Below are positions 1 through 10,272 of a stretch of DNA of 64,000 nt, piece by piece. Under the pieces are notes generated by a model, which saw nothing but the letters and a program-made list of their open reading frames with translations, had not been told where the DNA came from and did not search any database. Source of the DNA: Halothiobacillus sp. Its GTDB lineage: Bacteria > Pseudomonadota > Gammaproteobacteria > JAAZVP01. The DNA is taken from assembly GCA_018623495.1 (NCBI GenBank), contig JAAZVP010000003.1, positions 3,466 to 67,465 of the forward strand. The letters run 5' to 3'. Within the stretch, counting starts at the first letter, position 1; each line of letters begins with the position of its first letter. The position numbers were made by a program, and so were the translations under genes.

Positions 1-1164
1 GACCAGCGTGCTCTTGCCGCTGCCCGAGCGCCCCACCAGGGCCACGGTCTCGCCGGGCTCGATGGCCAGGTCGATGCCGTGGAGCACGGGCCCCTTGTCG
101 CGCTGGTAGGCGAAATACACGTCCTCGAGGACCAGCCGGCCCGCGGCCCGCTCCAGGGTCACCGCGCCGTGGTCCGGCTCGGTCTCCCAGTCGAGCAGCT
201 CGAAGATGCTCTCGCCGGCGGCGATGCCCTTCTGCAGCTGGGCGTTGACCGTGGTCAGGCGCTTGAGCGGCCCGAAGAGCATGGTCATGGCGGTGATGAA
301 GGAGACGAAGGTGCCCGGGCTGATGCGCTCGAGGTTGTCGCCGTGGGTGGCGAAGGCGATGATCCCGGCCAGCGCCACGGCCACCAGGAACTGGATGATG
401 GGCGTGGCCGCGGCATTGGTGGCCGCCATCTTCATGTGCTGGCGGCGGTTGCGCTCGTTGACCCGCTCGAAGTGGGCCTTTTCCTGGTCCTGGCCGCCGA
501 ACAGCTTGACCACGCGATTGCCCTCGATCACCTCCTCGACCACGTGGGTGACCTGGCCCATGGAGGCCTGGATGCGCCGGCTGATGCGCCGGAAGCGGCG
601 GCTGATGTAGGCCACCAGCCCGGCCATGATCGGCCCCACGACGACGATGAAGGTGGCCAGCGCGGGACTGAGATAGAACATCCAGGCGATCAGCGCGATC
701 ACGGTGAGCGAGTCGCGGATGATGGTGGTGAGCGCCTTGGTGGCCGCGTTGGCCACCTGCTCGACGTTGTAGGTGAGCTTGGAGAGCAGCTCGCCGGAGG
801 CGATGGTGTCGTAGTAGCCGGCCGGCAGGCGCAGCAGCTTGTCGAAGAGCTCGCGGCGCAGCTGCTTGATCACCCGGCGCCCGACCCAGGTCATGCAGTA
901 GCCGGAGAGGAAACCGGCGACGGCCCGCACGGCGAAGATCCCGATCAGGGCCAGCGGGATCAGGCGGATAGCCTCGGGGTCCTTCTCGACGAAGCTCTGG
1001 TCGAGCAGCGGCTTCATCAGGGCGGCGAAGCCGGTGTCGGTGAGCGCGTAGAGCGCCATGCCGACGATCGCCAGCCCGAAGATCTGCCAGTGGACCAGCG
1101 CGTAGCGCAGCAGTCGCCGGTAGGTGTCCCAACCGCCGGCCCGGAAGTCGGGCCCCTCGGTCAT
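1..1164 (-). CDS. msbA: Lipid A export ABC transporter MsbA, fused permease and ATPase. Partial: the C-terminal part of the ATPase domain lies beyond the window start
   Basis: Translating the minus strand gives MTEGPDFRAGGWDTYRRLLRYA followed by six TM helices, then Walker A GRSGSGKST at the window edge. The ATG at 1162-1164 overlaps the exbD stop (ATGA). Confidence 0.85.
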   Translation of the reverse strand, partial: MTEGPDFRAGGWDTYRRLLRYALVHWQIFGLAIVGMALYALTDTGFAALMKPLLDQSFVEKDPEAIRLIPLALIGIFAVRAVAGFLSGYCMTWVGRRVIKQLRRELFDKLLRLPAGYYDTIASGELLSKLTYNVEQVANAATKALTTIIRDSLTVIALIAWMFYLSPALATFIVVVGPIMAGLVAYISRRFRRISRRIQASMGQVTHVVEEVIEGNRVVKLFGGQDQEKAHFERVNERNRRQHMKMAATNAAATPIIQFLVAVALAGIIAFATHGDNLERISPGTFVSFITAMTMLFGPLKRLTTVNAQLQKGIAAGESIFELLDWETEPDHGAVTLERAAGRLVLEDVYFAYQRDKGPVLHGIDLAIEPGETVALVGRSGSGKSTLV

Positions 1165-1580
1165 CCCTGCTCCCCGGTCCGGACGGTGGCGATGCGCACC
1201 CGCTCGATGCCCAGTTCGGCGGCCACGTCCAGGGCGCGGACCACCGCCTCGTGGGGCGCCCGGCCGTCGGCGCGGACCACCAGCGCGGGCTTCTCGATCC
1301 CCGCGGTGCGCTCGGCCAGCGTCCGGTGGAGGGTCTCGCGGCGGGGATTGACCAGCGCCTTTTCGCCGATGAAGTAGCGCCCGTCGGCACTCACCACCAG
1401 CTCCAGCGGCGCGGCCGGCTGCACCTCGCCGGAGGCGGCCTCGGGCAGCTCGATCTCCAGCGCGCTCTGTTCCTTGAAGGTGGTGGTCACCATGAAAAAG
1501 ATCAGCAGCAGGAACACCACGTCGATCAGCGGCGTGATGTTGACCTCGACCCGGCGTTCGCGGCGCTGGCGGAAATTCAC
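1161..1580 (-). CDS. exbD: Biopolymer transport protein ExbD/TolR
   Basis: Carries the hallmark NITPLIDVVFLLLIFFMVTT motif. The GTG start at 1578-1580 sits inside a longer track ORF, and I rejected the N-terminal extension of that ORF. Confidence 0.85.
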   Translation of the reverse strand: MNFRQRRERRVEVNITPLIDVVFLLLIFFMVTTTFKEQSALEIELPEAASGEVQPAAPLELVVSADGRYFIGEKALVNPRRETLHRTLAERTAGIEKPALVVRADGRAPHEAVVRALDVAAELGIERVRIATVRTGEQG

Positions 1581-2191
1581 CGGCGCTCGCTCCCGGCCCC
1601 CAGCAGGGCGACCAGCTTGAGCGACTCGCGCTCCATCTCGATCACCAGCTCGTCCACCCGGCGCTGGAAGTAGCGGTGGAACATCAGGCTGGGGATGGCC
1701 ACGGACAGGCCGGCCGCGGTGGTGATCAGCGCCTTGGAGATGCCCGCGGCGAGGTCCTCGGGCTGGCCCACGCCGGCGGTGGTGATGGCGGTGAACACGT
1801 CGATCATGCCGATCACGGTCCCCAGAAGCCCCAGCAGCGGGGTGATCGCCGCCACCGTGCCGAGGGCATTGAGAAAGCGCTCCAGCTCGTGGGCCACGTG
1901 CCGGCCGGTGTCCTCGATGCTCTCCTTGACCACCTCCCGGCCGCTCCGGCGATTGGCCAGCCCCGCGGCGAGCACCCGGCCCAGAGGCGATTCCCGGCCG
2001 ATGGCACGTACCTGCTCGTCGTCCAGGCTGCCCTGCTTCCACAGTTCCCAGATCCGCGGCATCAGGTCCTTGGACAGCACGCGGGGCTGGTGCAGGGTCC
2101 AGAACCGCTCGGCGACGATACCCAGGGCGAGCACCGAGCAGGCCACGATGGGCACCATCAGCCAGCCGCCCGCGGCGATCAGTTCAAGCAC
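1577..2191 (-). CDS. exbB: MotA/TolQ/ExbB proton channel protein
   Basis: Three-TM ExbB/TolQ fold (LELIAAGGWLMVPIV...ITPLLGLLGTVIGMI). GTG start preceded by GGAG. Its stop overlaps the exbD start. Confidence 0.8.
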   Translation of the reverse strand: MLELIAAGGWLMVPIVACSVLALGIVAERFWTLHQPRVLSKDLMPRIWELWKQGSLDDEQVRAIGRESPLGRVLAAGLANRRSGREVVKESIEDTGRHVAHELERFLNALGTVAAITPLLGLLGTVIGMIDVFTAITTAGVGQPEDLAAGISKALITTAAGLSVAIPSLMFHRYFQRRVDELVIEMERESLKLVALLGAGSERR

Positions 2192-2340
2192 GATTTCTCT
2201 CCGCTGCTGGAGTTGGCAAAGCCACAGAGTATACCCCGTACCCATGGGGGCCGTCCCGTGAGCGGGACGCGGCAACACGGTTCAAAAAATAGTAACATCC
2301 GGTCGAGACGCGGATCGCGCCGGAGAAAGAACCCCCTGCC

Positions 2341-3921
2341 ATGAACCTCTCTCTACCATTCAGGGATGCCCTCATCCGCTGGTTCGGCGTAGTGGTCCTG
2401 TTCCTGGTGCCGGTCACCATCCTCTTTTCCTGGCACTTCCCGGCCACCGTCAAGCAGCCGGCATGGCCGCCCTGGGACCTCAAGGTCCCCGCCCCGCCAC
2501 CCGAGACCCCCTCCGCCCTGGCCGAGGTCTGGCGAACCGGGGTCCTGGAGGTAGCCACCCGCTACGGACCCACCAGCTACTACCAGGGAGCCGATGGTCC
2601 CACCGGCTTCGAGCACGACCTGGTGGAGGCCTTCGCCGCCCACCTCGGCGTTCGCCCGCGTTTCGTCGTCCCCGACTCCCTCGGCGGCGTGCTGGAGGCC
2701 GTGACCGAGGGCGAGGCCGACCTCGCCGCCGCCGGGCTGACCATCACCGACGCGCGCCGGGAACGCCTGCGTTTCACCGACCCCTACCAGGCCATCAGCG
2801 TGCAGCTGGTCCACGCCCGCGACACCCCCGCGCCCGACCGGCTCACCGACACCTGCGGCGACTACATCCACGTGCTCGCCAACAGCTCTCACTTGGAGCT
2901 GATCGAGGAACGCGCCCGCGAGGATTTCTGCCTGCTGCCCCAGGCCCACTGCAACCTGAACATGGAAGAGCTGCTCGAGGGCGTGCGCGACGGGCGCTAC
3001 ACCTATGCCCTGGTGGATTCCAACGAGATGGCCGTGGTCCAGCACTTCTACCCGCAGCTCCGCGTGGCGCTGGAGCTGCACACCGATCGTCACCTGGCCT
3101 GGGCCTTTCCCCGGTCGGGCGATGACAGCCTGTTCCAGGCCGCCCAGTCCTTCATCGACGAGGCCCACCGGAGCGGCCTGCTGAACCGACTGCAGGAACG
3201 CTACTACGGCCACCTGGAGGAATTCGATTACGTCGGCACCCGGGAATTCATCCGCGACATCGGCGAACTGCTGCCCCGCTACGAGGACTGGTTCCGCACA
3301 GCGGCCGACCGGACCGGTCTCGACTGGCGGTTGCTGGCCGCCATCGGCTACCAGGAATCGCACTGGGAGGCCGACGCGGTCTCCCCTACCGGCGTACGCG
3401 GCATCATGATGCTTACCCAGGACACCGCCCGCCAGATGGAAGTCGACAACCGCACCGACCCGCGCCAGAGCATCCTCGGCGGGGCGCGCTACCTGCTGCG
3501 CGTGCGCGACAAGCTGCCCGAGCGCATCCCCGAGCCCGACCGCACCTGGATGGCGCTGGCCGCCTACAACGTCGGCTTCGGCCACCTCGAGGACGCCCGC
3601 AAGCTCACCGAGGGCCAGGGAGGGGACCCCGACCGCTGGCCGGACGTCCGCGAGCACCTGCCCCTGCTGGCCAAGAAACGCTGGTACCGGCACACCGACC
3701 ACGGCTTCGCCCGCGGCTGGGAGCCGGTGAACTACGTCGAGAACATCCGCATCTACTACGACATCCTCGTCTGGTTCAGCGAGAAGGCCCGCCGGCGCGA
3801 ATGGCTGGCGGAACACGGCCAGCTGGCCACCGGCGGCCCCACGGCCAGCGAGCGGGCCACCGGCGAGCGCCCCGAGTCCGCCCTCGAGGCCCTGCGCAAG
3901 CTCCTGCCGGCCTCGCTCTAG
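2341..3921 (+). CDS. mltF: Membrane-bound lytic murein transglycosylase F (SBP_bac_3 domain plus SLT domain)
   Basis: N-terminal solute-binding-like domain plus SLT motifs (AIGYQESHWEADAVSPTGVRGIMMLT, AYNVGFGHL). Confidence 0.85.
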   Translation: MNLSLPFRDALIRWFGVVVLFLVPVTILFSWHFPATVKQPAWPPWDLKVPAPPPETPSALAEVWRTGVLEVATRYGPTSYYQGADGPTGFEHDLVEAFAAHLGVRPRFVVPDSLGGVLEAVTEGEADLAAAGLTITDARRERLRFTDPYQAISVQLVHARDTPAPDRLTDTCGDYIHVLANSSHLELIEERAREDFCLLPQAHCNLNMEELLEGVRDGRYTYALVDSNEMAVVQHFYPQLRVALELHTDRHLAWAFPRSGDDSLFQAAQSFIDEAHRSGLLNRLQERYYGHLEEFDYVGTREFIRDIGELLPRYEDWFRTAADRTGLDWRLLAAIGYQESHWEADAVSPTGVRGIMMLTQDTARQMEVDNRTDPRQSILGGARYLLRVRDKLPERIPEPDRTWMALAAYNVGFGHLEDARKLTEGQGGDPDRWPDVREHLPLLAKKRWYRHTDHGFARGWEPVNYVENIRIYYDILVWFSEKARRREWLAEHGQLATGGPTASERATGERPESALEALRKLLPASL

Positions 3922-3940
3922 CCCCGCGGGGGACGGGCGG

Positions 3941-4642
3941 CTACCCGGCCCGTTCCCACTCCGCCGCGATCGCCTCCACGGCGGCCGCCGGGTCCTCGGC
4001 CCGGGTCACCGGCCGACCGACGACGATATGGGTCGAACCCGCCGCGCGTGCCTCGGCCGGCGTCATCACCCGCCGCTGGTCGCCCCGGGCCGCCCCGGCC
4101 GGCCGGATGCCGGGGGTGACCATCAACCCGCCGCCACCGAAGTGACGCGCGAGCGGGCCCGCCTCCCGGGCGGAACAGACCACGCCGTCGAGCCCCGCGC
4201 GCCCGGCCAGGCCGGCCAGCCGGTCGACCAGTTCTCCCACCGGCTCGGTGATCCCCAGCTCACCGAGATCCGCCTGTTCCATGGAGGTGAGCACGGTCAC
4301 CGCGATCAGGCGCGGCCGCTCGGCCCCCTCCCCCACTGCCTCCCGGGCCGCCTCCAGCATGCGCCGCCCGCCCAGGGCGTGGACGTTGAGCATCCAGACG
4401 CCCAGGTCAGCGGCAACGCGACAGGCACTGGCCACGGTGTTGGGGATGTCGTGGAACTTGAGATCGAGAAACACCTCGAAGCCGCGCGCGGCCAGCTGCT
4501 CGACGTAGCGTGGCCCGGCGGCGGTGAATAGTTCCTTGCCCACCTTCAGCCGGCAGAGCGACGGGTCGAGACGCTCGACGAGGCGGTCGGCGTCGGCGGC
4601 CGCGGGATAGTCCAGGGCCACCAGGATTCGCGGGTCGGACAT
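3941..4642 (-). CDS. pyrF: Orotidine 5'-phosphate decarboxylase
   Basis: [12 protein letters not shown]...LKVGKELF...[14 protein letters not shown] at 4640-4642, inside a longer track ORF. Confidence 0.9.
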   Translation of the reverse strand: MSDPRILVALDYPAAADADRLVERLDPSLCRLKVGKELFTAAGPRYVEQLAARGFEVFLDLKFHDIPNTVASACRVAADLGVWMLNVHALGGRRMLEAAREAVGEGAERPRLIAVTVLTSMEQADLGELGITEPVGELVDRLAGLAGRAGLDGVVCSAREAGPLARHFGGGGLMVTPGIRPAGAARGDQRRVMTPAEARAAGSTHIVVGRPVTRAEDPAAAVEAIAAEWERAG

Positions 4643-4673
4643 CAATTCTCCCTGCTGTGGGTCGTTGTCGGTT

Positions 4674-5813
4674 TCAGCCGCCGGGCTTGATCGAGGACCA
4701 GGACCGGCAGCCGGGGCAGCGCCAGTAGAGCTGGTGGGTCTCGAAACCGCACTGGCGACAGACGTAGCGGTTGTCCCGCCCGGCCAGCTCGCCGAGCATC
4801 CCCGCCAGCCGCTCGCGCAGGGGCGGCCCGATGCAGTGCTCCGGGGCGATCTCCACCAGCGTGCGGGCCAGGTCCGCCGAGGGCCGCCCCCCGAGGTGCT
4901 CCTCGAGCACCACCAGCGCGGTGTCGGCATCGCCTCTCTCCGCCAGCAGCCGCGCCCGGGCGGCGACCACCGACGGCAGGGGGTAGTCCTCGGCCCAGTG
5001 GTCGAGTTCGCGGATCGCCCCTTCGGGTTGCCCCAGCTGGCGATGGCAGGCGATCACCGGTTCGACGATCTCGGGCATGAAGGCCGCGTCCTGGCGCTCG
5101 ACCCGGCGGAACGCCTTGAGGGCCGCCGAGGACCGGCCCTCGGCCATGAACAGCCGCCCGCGCAGCAGGCTGGCCCGCACCGAGCCGCGGTCGGTCCCCA
5201 GCGCACGCCCGGCAAGCCCCAGCGCCTCGCCGGTCTCGCCCCGCGCGCGGGCGGCCTCGGCCAGCTCGCAGTAGTAGTGGGCGATGCGCGGCCCGGCGCT
5301 CTCCCCCGTCCGGCGCTCGAGCTGGCGCCCGGTGGCGATGGCCCGGTTCCAGTCCTTGCCACTCTCGTGCAGTTCGAGCAGGTGCTTGAGCGCCGTCTCG
5401 CCGAAGCGCTCGGAATCCTCCAGCTCGCGGTAGAGCCGCTCGGCCCGGTCGAGCCAGCCGATGCCCTGGAAGTCCCGCGCCAGTTCCAGCAGGCCGCGTT
5501 CGCGCTCGACGGCATCCAGGTCGGGCCGGGCGATCAGGTTCTGGTGGGCGCTGATGGCCCGCTCGATCTGTCCCAGGCGACGAAACTCGCGTCCCAGCAG
5601 GAAGTAGATCTCCGCCGAGCCGGGGTAGCGCTCCAGCAGCTCGGAGAACACGCCGACGGCCGAGTCGATCTCGTCGTCGAACAGGTACCTGAGCCCCTGC
5701 AGCAGTTCCGGCGGGTAGTCGCGTTGGCGCCGCTCGGGGGGCCGGCGCCGGCGTCGGGTGATCCACCAGGCCGCGATCAGCGGCACGGGGAGCAACCAGA
5801 GAAGTTCGATCAT
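4674..5813 (-). CDS. lapB: Lipopolysaccharide assembly protein B (TPR repeats plus C-terminal rubredoxin-like zinc finger)
   Basis: N-terminal TM ([18 protein letters not shown]), TPR repeats, and a C-terminal [21 protein letters not shown]. Sits in the conserved position upstream of pyrF. Confidence 0.9.
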   Translation of the reverse strand: MIELLWLLPVPLIAAWWITRRRRRPPERRQRDYPPELLQGLRYLFDDEIDSAVGVFSELLERYPGSAEIYFLLGREFRRLGQIERAISAHQNLIARPDLDAVERERGLLELARDFQGIGWLDRAERLYRELEDSERFGETALKHLLELHESGKDWNRAIATGRQLERRTGESAGPRIAHYYCELAEAARARGETGEALGLAGRALGTDRGSVRASLLRGRLFMAEGRSSAALKAFRRVERQDAAFMPEIVEPVIACHRQLGQPEGAIRELDHWAEDYPLPSVVAARARLLAERGDADTALVVLEEHLGGRPSADLARTLVEIAPEHCIGPPLRERLAGMLGELAGRDNRYVCRQCGFETHQLYWRCPGCRSWSSIKPGG

Positions 5814-5967
5814 TGAACCAGGCCGCCGTGGATACGGAAAACGAGCCGGTGCCAGCATTCCCTGCCGTCACTGGTCCGACCGAGGGTTCGATACCGCATC
5901 GGACTCGAGCGGACGCGCTGTCTCCGGCGCTTCAACGCCTGCAGTATACGCCAGTGACGGATGCCCT

Positions 5968-5987
5968 GGGGAGGGCCGCGGGGAGGG
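5968..5987 (+). other. Canonical G-quadruplex motif GGGGAGGGCCGCGGGGAGGG, with further G-tracts to 6020, on the plus strand of the ihfB-lapB intergenic region
   Basis: Four G3-4 tracts with loops of 1, 4 and 1 nt, read directly from the sequence. Confidence 0.5.
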
Positions 5988-6034
5988 TTGCCGGGGAACC
6001 GGCCGGGGAAGGAGGGGTGACGCCGACGTGGGCG

Positions 6035-6337
6035 TCAGTCGGGGGCATTCTCGGCGCCGGCGTCGTTGACCCGTTCACGCAACTGCTTGCCCGGTTTGAA
6101 ATGAGGGACGTACTTGCCCTTGAGGTGGACCGGCTCGCCGGTACGCGGGTTGCGCCCCTTGCGCGGCATGCGGAAATGCAGGGAAAAGCTGCCGAATCCG
6201 CGAATCTCGATGCGCTCTCCCTTGGACAGGGCCTCGCTCATCTGCTCCATGATGGTGCGTACCGCGATCTCGATATCCTTCTGCGGCAGGTGGTCCTGGG
6301 ACAGGGCCAGCGCCTCGATCAATTCCGACTTGGTCAT
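6035..6337 (-). CDS. ihfB: Integration host factor subunit beta
   Basis: [11 protein letters not shown]...[15 protein letters not shown]...[10 protein letters not shown]. Confidence 0.92.
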   Translation of the reverse strand: MTKSELIEALALSQDHLPQKDIEIAVRTIMEQMSEALSKGERIEIRGFGSFSLHFRMPRKGRNPRTGEPVHLKGKYVPHFKPGKQLRERVNDAGAENAPD

Positions 6338-6430
6338 GATGCGAGCACTCGACGGGATCGTTGGGAGGGAACCCGCCGGCCGGCTGGCCGGCGGATCGAA
6401 CGTCCGTTGCGGACGGGACGGCGGCGAGGA

Positions 6431-8107
6431 TCAGTCCTCGTCGCGGTCCATCTCGGCCTTGAGGAGATCGCCGAGCGTGGGGGCAGCGGCAGAGGCTTCC
6501 CGCTTGAAGCTCTGGACCGCCTCTTTCTCTTCCGCCATGTCCTTGGCCTTGATGGAGAGGCTGACGCTGCGGCTCTTGCGGTCGAAGCCGACGATGCGGG
6601 CCTCGACTTGCTCGCCTTCCTTGAGGACGCTGCGGGCGTCTTCCACGCGGTCGCGGGAGATCTCGGAGGCCCGCAGGTTGCCCTTGACCTCGTCGGCCAG
6701 GTCGACGACCGCACCCTTGGGCTCCACCTCGGTGATGGTACCGGTGATCACGCTGCCCTTGGGGTGCTGGGCCATGTAGTTGGCCAGCGGGTCCTCTTCC
6801 AGCTGCTTGAGACCCAGGGAGATGCGCTCGCGCTCGGGGTCGACGGAGAGCACCATGGCCTCCACCTCGTCCCCCTTGGTGAAGTTGCGCACCGCTTCCT
6901 CGCCGGTCTCGGTCCAGGAGATGTCGGAGAGGTGGATCAGGCCGTCGATGCCGCCTTCCAGGCCGACGAAGATGCCGAAGTCGGTGATCGACTTGATCTG
7001 GCCCCGGATCTTGTCGCCCTTGTTGTGGGTCGCGGCGAACTGCTCCCACGGGTTGGCGCTGCACTGCTTCATGCCCAGCGAGATCCGGCGGCGCTCCTCG
7101 TCGATGTCGAGGATCATCACCTCGACCTCGTCGCCCACGGCAACCACCTTGTTGGGGTTGACGTTCTTGTTGGTCCAGTCCATCTCGGAGACGTGCACCA
7201 GGCCTTCGACGCCTTCCTCGATTTCCACGAAGCAGCCGTAGTCGGTGATGTTGGTCACCTTGCCGAACAGGCGGGTGGCCACCGGGTAGCGGCGGGACAG
7301 GTCCACCCACGGATCCTCGCCCAGCTGCTTGAGGCCCAGGGAGACCCGCATGCGCTCGCGGTCGAACTTGAGGACCTTGACCTCGATCTCGTCGCCGATG
7401 TTGACGATCTCGGAGGGGTGCTTGACGCGCTTCCAGGCCATGTCGGTGATGTGCAGCAGGCCGTCGACGCCGCCCAGGTCCAGGAAGGCACCGTAGTCGG
7501 TGAGGTTCTTGACGATGCCCTTGATGACCATGCCTTCCTGCAGGGTCTCGAGGAGCTTTTCGCGCTCGGCGCTGTATTCCTCTTCGACCACGGCGCGGCG
7601 CGAGACCACCACGTTGTTGCGGCGCGGATCGAGCTTGATGACCTTGAACTCGAGTTCCTTGCCTTCCAGGTAGGAGGTGTCGCGGATCGGCCGCACGTCC
7701 ACCAGCGAGCCCGGCAGGAAGGCGCGCAGCTCGTCGAGATCGACGGTGAAGCCGCCCTTGACCTTGCCGGAAATCTTGCCCTTGACGATCTCGCCGGCCT
7801 CGAAGGCCTCCTCCAGCTTCTCCCAGGCGCGTGCCTTGCGGGCACGGTCACGCGAGAGGATGGTCTCGCCGAAGCCGTCTTCCACGGCTTCCAGGGCGAC
7901 CTCCACCTGGTCGCCCACTTCCACGCCGATGTGACCGTCGAAGTCGCGGAACTCGTCCGCCGGGACCATGCCCTCGGTCTTGAGACCGGCATTGACGTAG
8001 ATGAAGTCCGGCGTGATGTCGGTCACTTCGCCCATGACCACGGAGCCAGGGCGCATCTCGGTATTCTTGAGGCTTTCCTCGAAAAGCTCGGCAAAACTTT
8101 CAGTCAT
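6431..8107 (-). CDS. rpsA: 30S ribosomal protein S1
   Basis: [13 protein letters not shown] start followed by six S1 domains. ATG at 8105-8107. Confidence 0.95.
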   Translation of the reverse strand: MTESFAELFEESLKNTEMRPGSVVMGEVTDITPDFIYVNAGLKTEGMVPADEFRDFDGHIGVEVGDQVEVALEAVEDGFGETILSRDRARKARAWEKLEEAFEAGEIVKGKISGKVKGGFTVDLDELRAFLPGSLVDVRPIRDTSYLEGKELEFKVIKLDPRRNNVVVSRRAVVEEEYSAEREKLLETLQEGMVIKGIVKNLTDYGAFLDLGGVDGLLHITDMAWKRVKHPSEIVNIGDEIEVKVLKFDRERMRVSLGLKQLGEDPWVDLSRRYPVATRLFGKVTNITDYGCFVEIEEGVEGLVHVSEMDWTNKNVNPNKVVAVGDEVEVMILDIDEERRRISLGMKQCSANPWEQFAATHNKGDKIRGQIKSITDFGIFVGLEGGIDGLIHLSDISWTETGEEAVRNFTKGDEVEAMVLSVDPERERISLGLKQLEEDPLANYMAQHPKGSVITGTITEVEPKGAVVDLADEVKGNLRASEISRDRVEDARSVLKEGEQVEARIVGFDRKSRSVSLSIKAKDMAEEKEAVQSFKREASAAAPTLGDLLKAEMDRDED

Positions 8108-8259
8108 TGAATCCCAACCCAGGATGGTTTCTTGCACGCGAACCGGGCATCATCATTGCTCGGCCCGTCGTCCGTGACCGTTCGCGCGGTTGATTGCACA
8201 ACGCCGGCGGCCGCATTCCCGCGGCCACCGGCACCCCTTTCCGTCCCTCACCATAAAGG

Positions 8260-8961
8260 CTACGGCTGGACGTTCTCGCGGACGAGTTCCAGCACCTTGT
8301 CGAAGACTTCGTCGGCGCTCAGACGGCTGGAGTCGATCTGCACGGCATCCGGGGCGGGCACCAGCGGCGCCGTCTTGCGACTGGCATCGCGCTCGTCCCG
8401 TTCCCGGATTTCCTGCACAAGGTCGGTGAAATTAACATCGACCCCCTGTTCATTCAACTGTTTATAGCGCCTTTCGGCACGTTCTTCCGCGCTCGCGGTG
8501 AGAAAGACCTTGAGCGGGGCGTCCGGAAAGACCACCGTGCCCATGTCACGGCCGTCCGCCACCAGGCCCGGCGCCTGGCGGAACAGCCGCTGGCGCTCGA
8601 GCAGCGCCCGCCGCACCCGCTTGTGGGCCGCCACCCGCGAGGCGGCGTTGCCGGTCTTCTCGGTGCGCAACCGGCGGGAGACCTCCTCGCCCTCCAGATA
8701 GACCGCCTCGCCGTGTCCCGGCTGCACCGTGAAGCAGACATCCATGTCCTCGGCCGCGCGCGCCAGCGCCCGGCCGTCGTCGAGGTCGATGTCGTCGCGG
8801 ATCGCCGCCAGGGCCAGCAGGCGGTAGAGCGCCCCGGAATCGAGGAAGTGCCAGCCCAGGTGATGGGCCAGGCGCTTGGCGACGGTGCCCTTGCCCGAGC
8901 CGCTGGGCCCGTCGATGGTGACCACGGCTACGCTCTGGGCCGCCTTGTCATGCCGGTGCAT
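8260..8961 (-). CDS. cmk: Cytidylate kinase
   Basis: [14 protein letters not shown]-loop and Cmk-length protein. The start may be a few codons downstream. Confidence 0.88.
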   Translation of the reverse strand: MHRHDKAAQSVAVVTIDGPSGSGKGTVAKRLAHHLGWHFLDSGALYRLLALAAIRDDIDLDDGRALARAAEDMDVCFTVQPGHGEAVYLEGEEVSRRLRTEKTGNAASRVAAHKRVRRALLERQRLFRQAPGLVADGRDMGTVVFPDAPLKVFLTASAEERAERRYKQLNEQGVDVNFTDLVQEIRERDERDASRKTAPLVPAPDAVQIDSSRLSADEVFDKVLELVRENVQP

Positions 8962-10270
8962 CGCTACGCTCCTCGATGGTCAGGCCCGCTTCCCCGGCCA
9001 TGGCGACGAAACCGGGGAAGGAAGTGTTGACGTTGGTACAGTCGCGGATGGTGATCGGGCCCTGCGCCCGCAGCCCGGCCACGGCGAAGGCCATGGCCAC
9101 CCGGTGGTCGCCGTGGCTGTCCACGGTGCCCGCGCCGATGCGGCCACCGCGGATCACCATGCCGTCGGCGGTGGGCCGGGCGTCGACGCCCAGCTCGGCC
9201 AGGCCGTCGGCCATCACCTGGATGCGGTCGCTCTCCTTGACGCGCAGCTCCTCGGCGCCGGTGAGCACGGTCTCCCCCTCGGCACAGGCCGCGGCGACGA
9301 AGATCACCGGGAACTCGTCGATCGCCAGCGGCACCCGGTCCTCGGGGATGGCGATGCCGCGCAGGTCCGCCGGCCGCACCCGCAGGTCCGCCACCGGCTC
9401 GCCGCCCACCTCGCGCGGGTTCTCGCGGGTGATGTCGGCCCCCATGCGTTCCAGGATATCGAGGATCCCGGTGCGCGTGGGGTTGACCCCCACGTGCTCC
9501 AGCAGCAGTTCGCCCTCCCCGGCAATGCTCGCCGCGACGAGCCAGAAGGCCGCCGAGGAGATGTCGGCGGGCACGTCCACCGCGCCGCCTTCCAGCCGCC
9601 CGCCGCCCTGGAGGATGGCGGTGGCCCCCTCGCGGCGAACGGGGTAGCCGAAGCCGGCGAGCATGCGCTCGGTGTGGTCGCGGGTGGGCGCGGGCTCGGT
9701 GACCCGGGTTTCGCCCTCCGCGTACATCCCGGCGAGCAGCACGCAGGATTTCACCTGGGCGCTGGCCATGGGCAGCGCGTAGTCGATGGCCCGCAGCCGC
9801 TGGCCGCCGTGGATGGCGAGCGGCGGCAGGCCGCCCTCGCCGGTGTCGATCACCGCGCCCATGGCCCGCAAGGGCTCGGTCACCCGGCCCATGGGCCGCC
9901 GCGAGAGCGAGGCATCGCCGGTGAGCCGGGAGTCGAAGGCCTGGCCGGCCAGGATGCCGGCCATCAGGCGCATGGAGGTGCCCGAGTTGCCCACGTAGAG
10001 GTCCTCGCCCGGGGCCTCGAGCCCGTGCAGGCCGACCCCGCGGACGCGTACCCGGCCGTCCTCCGGGCCCTCGATCTCCACGCCCATGCGGCGAAAACAA
10101 CGCAGGGTGTTGAGGCTGTCCTCGCCCTCGAGGAAGCCGGTGATCTCGGTCTCGCCCTCGGCCAGGGCGCCGAGCATGATCGAACGGTGGGAGACGGACT
10201 TGTCCCCCGGCACCCGCAGGCGGCCCCGGACCGCACCGCCCGGTCGTACAACGTAGTCGATTCGGCTCAC
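8948..10270 (-). CDS. aroA: 3-phosphoshikimate 1-carboxyvinyltransferase (EPSP synthase)
   Basis: [24 protein letters not shown]... spans the full EPSPS length. The GTG start at 10268-10270 is 2 nt from the tyrA stop, and I rejected the 127-aa upstream extension of the track ORF. Confidence 0.88.
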   Translation of the reverse strand: MSRIDYVVRPGGAVRGRLRVPGDKSVSHRSIMLGALAEGETEITGFLEGEDSLNTLRCFRRMGVEIEGPEDGRVRVRGVGLHGLEAPGEDLYVGNSGTSMRLMAGILAGQAFDSRLTGDASLSRRPMGRVTEPLRAMGAVIDTGEGGLPPLAIHGGQRLRAIDYALPMASAQVKSCVLLAGMYAEGETRVTEPAPTRDHTERMLAGFGYPVRREGATAILQGGGRLEGGAVDVPADISSAAFWLVAASIAGEGELLLEHVGVNPTRTGILDILERMGADITRENPREVGGEPVADLRVRPADLRGIAIPEDRVPLAIDEFPVIFVAAACAEGETVLTGAEELRVKESDRIQVMADGLAELGVDARPTADGMVIRGGRIGAGTVDSHGDHRVAMAFAVAGLRAQGPITIRDCTNVNTSFPGFVAMAGEAGLTIEERSDAPA

Positions 10271-10272
10271 GC

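Noticed and set aside
79-1377. Long antisense and shadow ORFs in the six-frame track (for example 79-1377+, 5813-8110+, 8876-10504+, 16418-18517+, 20985-23468+, 28152-30839+, 35460-37898+, 41571-43157-, 43414-45378-, 49593-52340+, 52201-53754-, 54299-55774-, 55506-57407-)
   Set aside because: They lie opposite or out of frame with well-supported conserved genes. Their translations are Arg/Pro/Gly/Ala-rich low-complexity typical of GC-rich shadow frames, and they have no RBS and no homology signal.
1161-2042. 293-aa track ORF suggesting a long N-terminal extension on ExbD
   Set aside because: The upstream part is low-complexity and overlaps exbB in another frame. The conserved ExbD sequence begins at the GTG at 1578-1580.
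5880-5900. tRNA-like T-loop motifs (GGGTTCGATACC at 5886, GGTTCGACCCC at 27187)
   Set aside because: Neither has a flanking acceptor or anticodon stem. The second lies inside the grxD leader, immediately before the ATG.
5814-6034. Expected lapA (yciS) gene upstream of lapB
   Set aside because: No hydrophobic ORF exists in any frame of the gap. The only ORF ending at the lapB ATG is 28 aa of polar, Arg-rich sequence.
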